A stretch of DNA of 64,000 nt from the NCBI GenBank assembly GCA_002633005.1, contig NMRA01000099.1, positions 381,086 through 445,085 on the forward strand, read 5' to 3'. The DNA is from Phoronis australis. Lineage: Eukaryota > Animalia > Phoronida. Under the pieces are notes generated by a model. That model ran no database searches. It was not told the origin of the DNA and saw only the letters and a list, made by a program, of their open reading frames with translations. Of this stretch, positions 60,480-64,000 are shown in pieces; the stretch's first letter is position 1, and each line of letters begins with the position of its first letter. The translations under genes were made by a program, and so were the position numbers.

Positions 60480-62449
60480 GCACATAAGCCACAATGACCA
60501 CACCATGTCGTTTTCTAACATTCACAGTACAGCCCATTGAGTTTGTAACTGAGGAGTTCCAAAAATAGGGATGCGCTTATACCCGCTTGTGATCTTATCA
60601 GACATTAATGTATAAACCCATAAGCTTGTATTATGCTTTTGGACGGATTCGAACCTTGAACCTTCATGTTCGCAACTAAACTCTATGCTAATGAGCTAAA
60701 TCGCTTTTGATAAAAAATGACAATTGTATTTAAAGCGTACTTTACTGGTAAAGTCACCAGCCCTATTTCAGCGAATCTTTGGCAAACAAAGGCGAAAATT
60801 GGTGATTTGTAATAAAATCACAAAAGGTTTTATTGTTCTATAGCTCTGGTCAAAGCTAACAACTTCAAAAAGTCTATCCCATCCAAGAATAACCTCAAAT
60901 ACGCATCATTCAGCTGTAAAAATGATGTCACTTCATTATATTATCATTAACTACACGATCAACACAAGTCAAATTTTTTATTAAGTCTTTGAGGAGTCTT
61001 AACTGTTCTCAGATGGCGGTTCATAACAGAACTCTCTCAAACTTATTCAAAATGAATAAAAATTCTAATATACAAAAAAGAATTGTTGAGTATGGTCTGT
61101 TGCTGGCAGCAGTTGTGCGTGAGGCGTTGTGATCCACAATAGCAACCCGCTGTGTTTAAAATCATGCAGTCATGCATTTTTGTAGCTTTTAAAAATCATT
61201 AGAAACCCTTGGCTGAAATTGATGCAGGTGAGCAGACGTTTGTAGAAGGGCGTGGCATTCAAAATGAGTCGGAGCGTAGACTACAACCAACTACGCTTTC
61301 TTGGTTGAACATGTAATAGCAAATTGTGCTATGATATTTCAATGAATGGCTCAGACTATAGAAGCAGTTGAGGTTACTTCGAACATCTCCAGAAAGAAGC
61401 ATGGCACACCACGCACAACATACTTGAGCAAGGCCAACCTATGGAAAATCATTCAAAATCATCATCAGTGCTGAATAACTTTTATGCCAATTTGTTGGTC
61501 CATTAACAAAATTCAATGATAGCACTGAACGAGAATTCCAAGAATAGAGTCGGCAACAGTGGAGGTTATGCCACACCTCCCCGGAGACGAACAGAGCACT
61601 ACACACCATGTGCGTGACGGCAAACTCTGGAAAATCAATACTACTATTTAGTGCGAAAAACAGGATTTTCGACACAGGTCAATGAAAGGCAGAATTGGCC
61701 ATTAAACGCATACGCACAAAATGATGGAAATTATGCAGTCACATACAGGTTAAGGAGGGAGTGAACTCTATCTTACTTCCACAATATCAATTAACTCAGG
61801 GGAGAATCCTAAATTAATGAGCAGTTTTTATAACACCAGAGGCGATATTGCTACTTAAGAGATGATACATCTTCAAGAATCTATCAAAAGTTTGAATCAT
61901 CTACGTGGATCATTGCACTTAATAACGGATACCTGGGCTCAGATTCTAATCTCTGAACCCTAACTTGACTGGGACTCAACAATTGCCATGCAATTGGTCA
62001 ATTTTTGACTCAAGTTTCGAGTGACTTTTATTGTCGTTGCTAAATGCACAAAGGTCAAGGTAAACAAAACAATCTGGCGATGTAATTGCACTATAGCTTT
62101 TACTTGCAAAGCAAATTTAATGAGGTTGGTGATCTCCAGGCATTATCCAGTGTTACCATGGCAACCATCCCACGCAGTCAGTTCAATAACAAAGCTTGGT
62201 CTTCTTCTATGGAAGCAGCAGTGAACTCACTAGATTAATTAACAGGAGACTACTTCGGGACAGTGTTAGTTGAAAGAAGTTCCAACTAGTGTAGAACTAC
62301 AATAAAATCTGACGAAATCAAAGTAACAATTACTGAAAATGCAGTCACACAGAGGAAAATAGCGCAAAAAATCTTCTAAAGACTAAAGCTGTTTTTAACA
62401 CTGACGGCAAGCCAGCAAAGTTTATCATAAGTTCTGTACCAGCGCAGCA

Positions 62450-63050
62450 AATCATTACGACAGAGCTAAGTTAATATGTCGAAACTCCAGCTGGACAATT
62501 GGGGCTTATGCCATTAGAAACACTGGTAGGTACATTTCTTCAACTTGGGAGAGTACATTGCAATCTCAGGTATTACCTCGCATGGGTATTTTGATAACAC
62601 AGTTTTGTCTCAACTGGATATTTTACCTCTCAGTTATCGTCTCGGATGTGTACTTTGGCTTTGTGGTATCCTTTAACTAAGGCATCAAGTACACGCCCAG
62701 GTATACAGTGGGCATCGCTTAACTCCTGCAGAGAAACCATGGAGAACTTTCCCAGTGTGATCAAAAAGGCTCAAAAAATCTTCTTATTCTCGACAGGTCC
62801 GGCATGTCACAGTACTCTGATCTTACACAGGCACATCAATGGACACATGTGCAGCGCAGGCTACACAGAGAGTAATAACCAACGTTGGAGTCTTGCCAGC
62901 CTTTTATAGGCAATGGATCAAGCTCCTGCACGGCACCATAACTACGGCATACAGTGCATGCCAACAAATGGAAAGTCTGTCCATTTTCTCGAAAGAGACC
63001 GACAGACTCAAAAACTTCTTTTACAAAGAACCTGTTGATCGATAACAGGG
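62450..63050 (+). pseudogene. Possible highly decayed Penelope-like reverse transcriptase fragment
   Basis: Broken frames give TNVGV and AYSACQQMESLSIFSKETDRLKNFF, reminiscent of Penelope RT C-terminal motifs. There are many disruptions. Confidence 0.25.
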
Positions 63051-63289
63051 CTCATATGAGTTTAAACTCAGGTGTTTCACGCGATGGCCAAACCATGTGT
63101 CTTTCGCATGTTTGATGCACCTTTTTATATGCCCAAGTACTGTCTCAGCTTTCTAAATAAAAACTGCTTCAACTGGAACAGCATAATTTACTGATGTTTC
63201 GGGTATGTTTTTCATCATTTGGTGCCATCTGGGGTATGCATTAACCCTATTCGCTCATGTATTGCATTGGTCTGGGTTTTGAATGATTC

Positions 63290-63540
63290 TGGCACTCCTG
63301 TTATGTGGAAGAGAACCCCCGGGCACCAGCTGGCAGTGATTCCTGTTGTGTGGAAGAGAACCCGCGGGCACCAGCTGGCACTCCTGTTACGTGGAAGAGA
63401 ACCCCCAGGCACCACCTGACAATCCTGATACGTGGAAAGGAACCCCCAGGCACCGGCTAGCACTCCTGTTATGTGGAACTAAGCCCGGGCTCTGGGTGGC
63501 ACTCCTGTTACATGGAAGAGAACCCCGGGCACAGGCTGGC
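63290..63540. repeat. ~41-bp GC-rich minisatellite, about 6 copies
   Basis: Diverged copies of TGGCACTCCTGTTATGTGGAAGAGAACCCCCGGGCACCAGC. Confidence 0.85.
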
Positions 63541-64000
63541 AGAGAACTTTCCGTCCTCCTGGACGACAAACTGACTGAGTGTTTCACTAATTGTTCTATC
63601 AGCATTTGTAAATGAAGTATTTTAAGCAAGGAAAAGTCAGAGCGGAGGAATTTAAATCCCTATGCTATTTTAATAGACAATGAAAATGTCTAAGTACTAG
63701 ACACGGTGCTTTGGTCAACGGTCTCGTAGTCAGTTGGCAATGCTGGTCAATGGTTTCGTGAAGTCAGTTGGCAGCACTTTGAGAACTCTCATTATCACAA
63801 GAGCATAACAAACTGAAGTGCTCAACTTTTAAAAACCAAATTTGGTCAACGATCACATAACTTCTCCACCTGAGGCCAGGTGAGCTGGGCAAGCTAGTAA
63901 GCAAAATATTGTAACTATGTAATTAAGATTTCACCTAAGCTGCAACTTTTTATAAATCCTGAAAGGATTAGGCAAAAACATCAAGAACACTGCGTGCGCA

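Overview
AT-rich, intron-containing genomic DNA from an animal, probably a bilaterian marine invertebrate (inference). It is a draft assembly with an 820-nt N gap and three single-N contig joins. Most of the window is a minus-strand SGSM1/2 (RUTBC, RUN+TBC Rab-GAP) gene. I traced 17 phase-compatible GT-AG coding exons (59901 to 9739, about 950 codons); its 5' exons are not in view. It lies tail-to-tail with the last two S/T/P/Q-rich coding exons of a plus-strand gene (395-3329), possibly Mnt. The 13.7-kb SGSM intron at 22260-35946 holds two antisense, paralogous genes for a multi-pass membrane protein I cannot assign to a known family (27786-29384, and one ending at 33333 whose 5' part is in the gap). 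The introns also carry Helentron/DINE-1-like elements with ~145-160-bp repeat units, each containing a close match to the CTCF motif. Other elements include a young 5'-truncated LINE with a 31-bp TSD, hAT-like elements with 5-bp TSDs, MITEs, SINE heads and minisatellites. The apparent duplication of four TBC exons (13441-16176) is best explained as the second haplotype, assembled inside a polymorphic TTAA (Kolobok-like) insertion. All calls are from manual reading; no searches were run.
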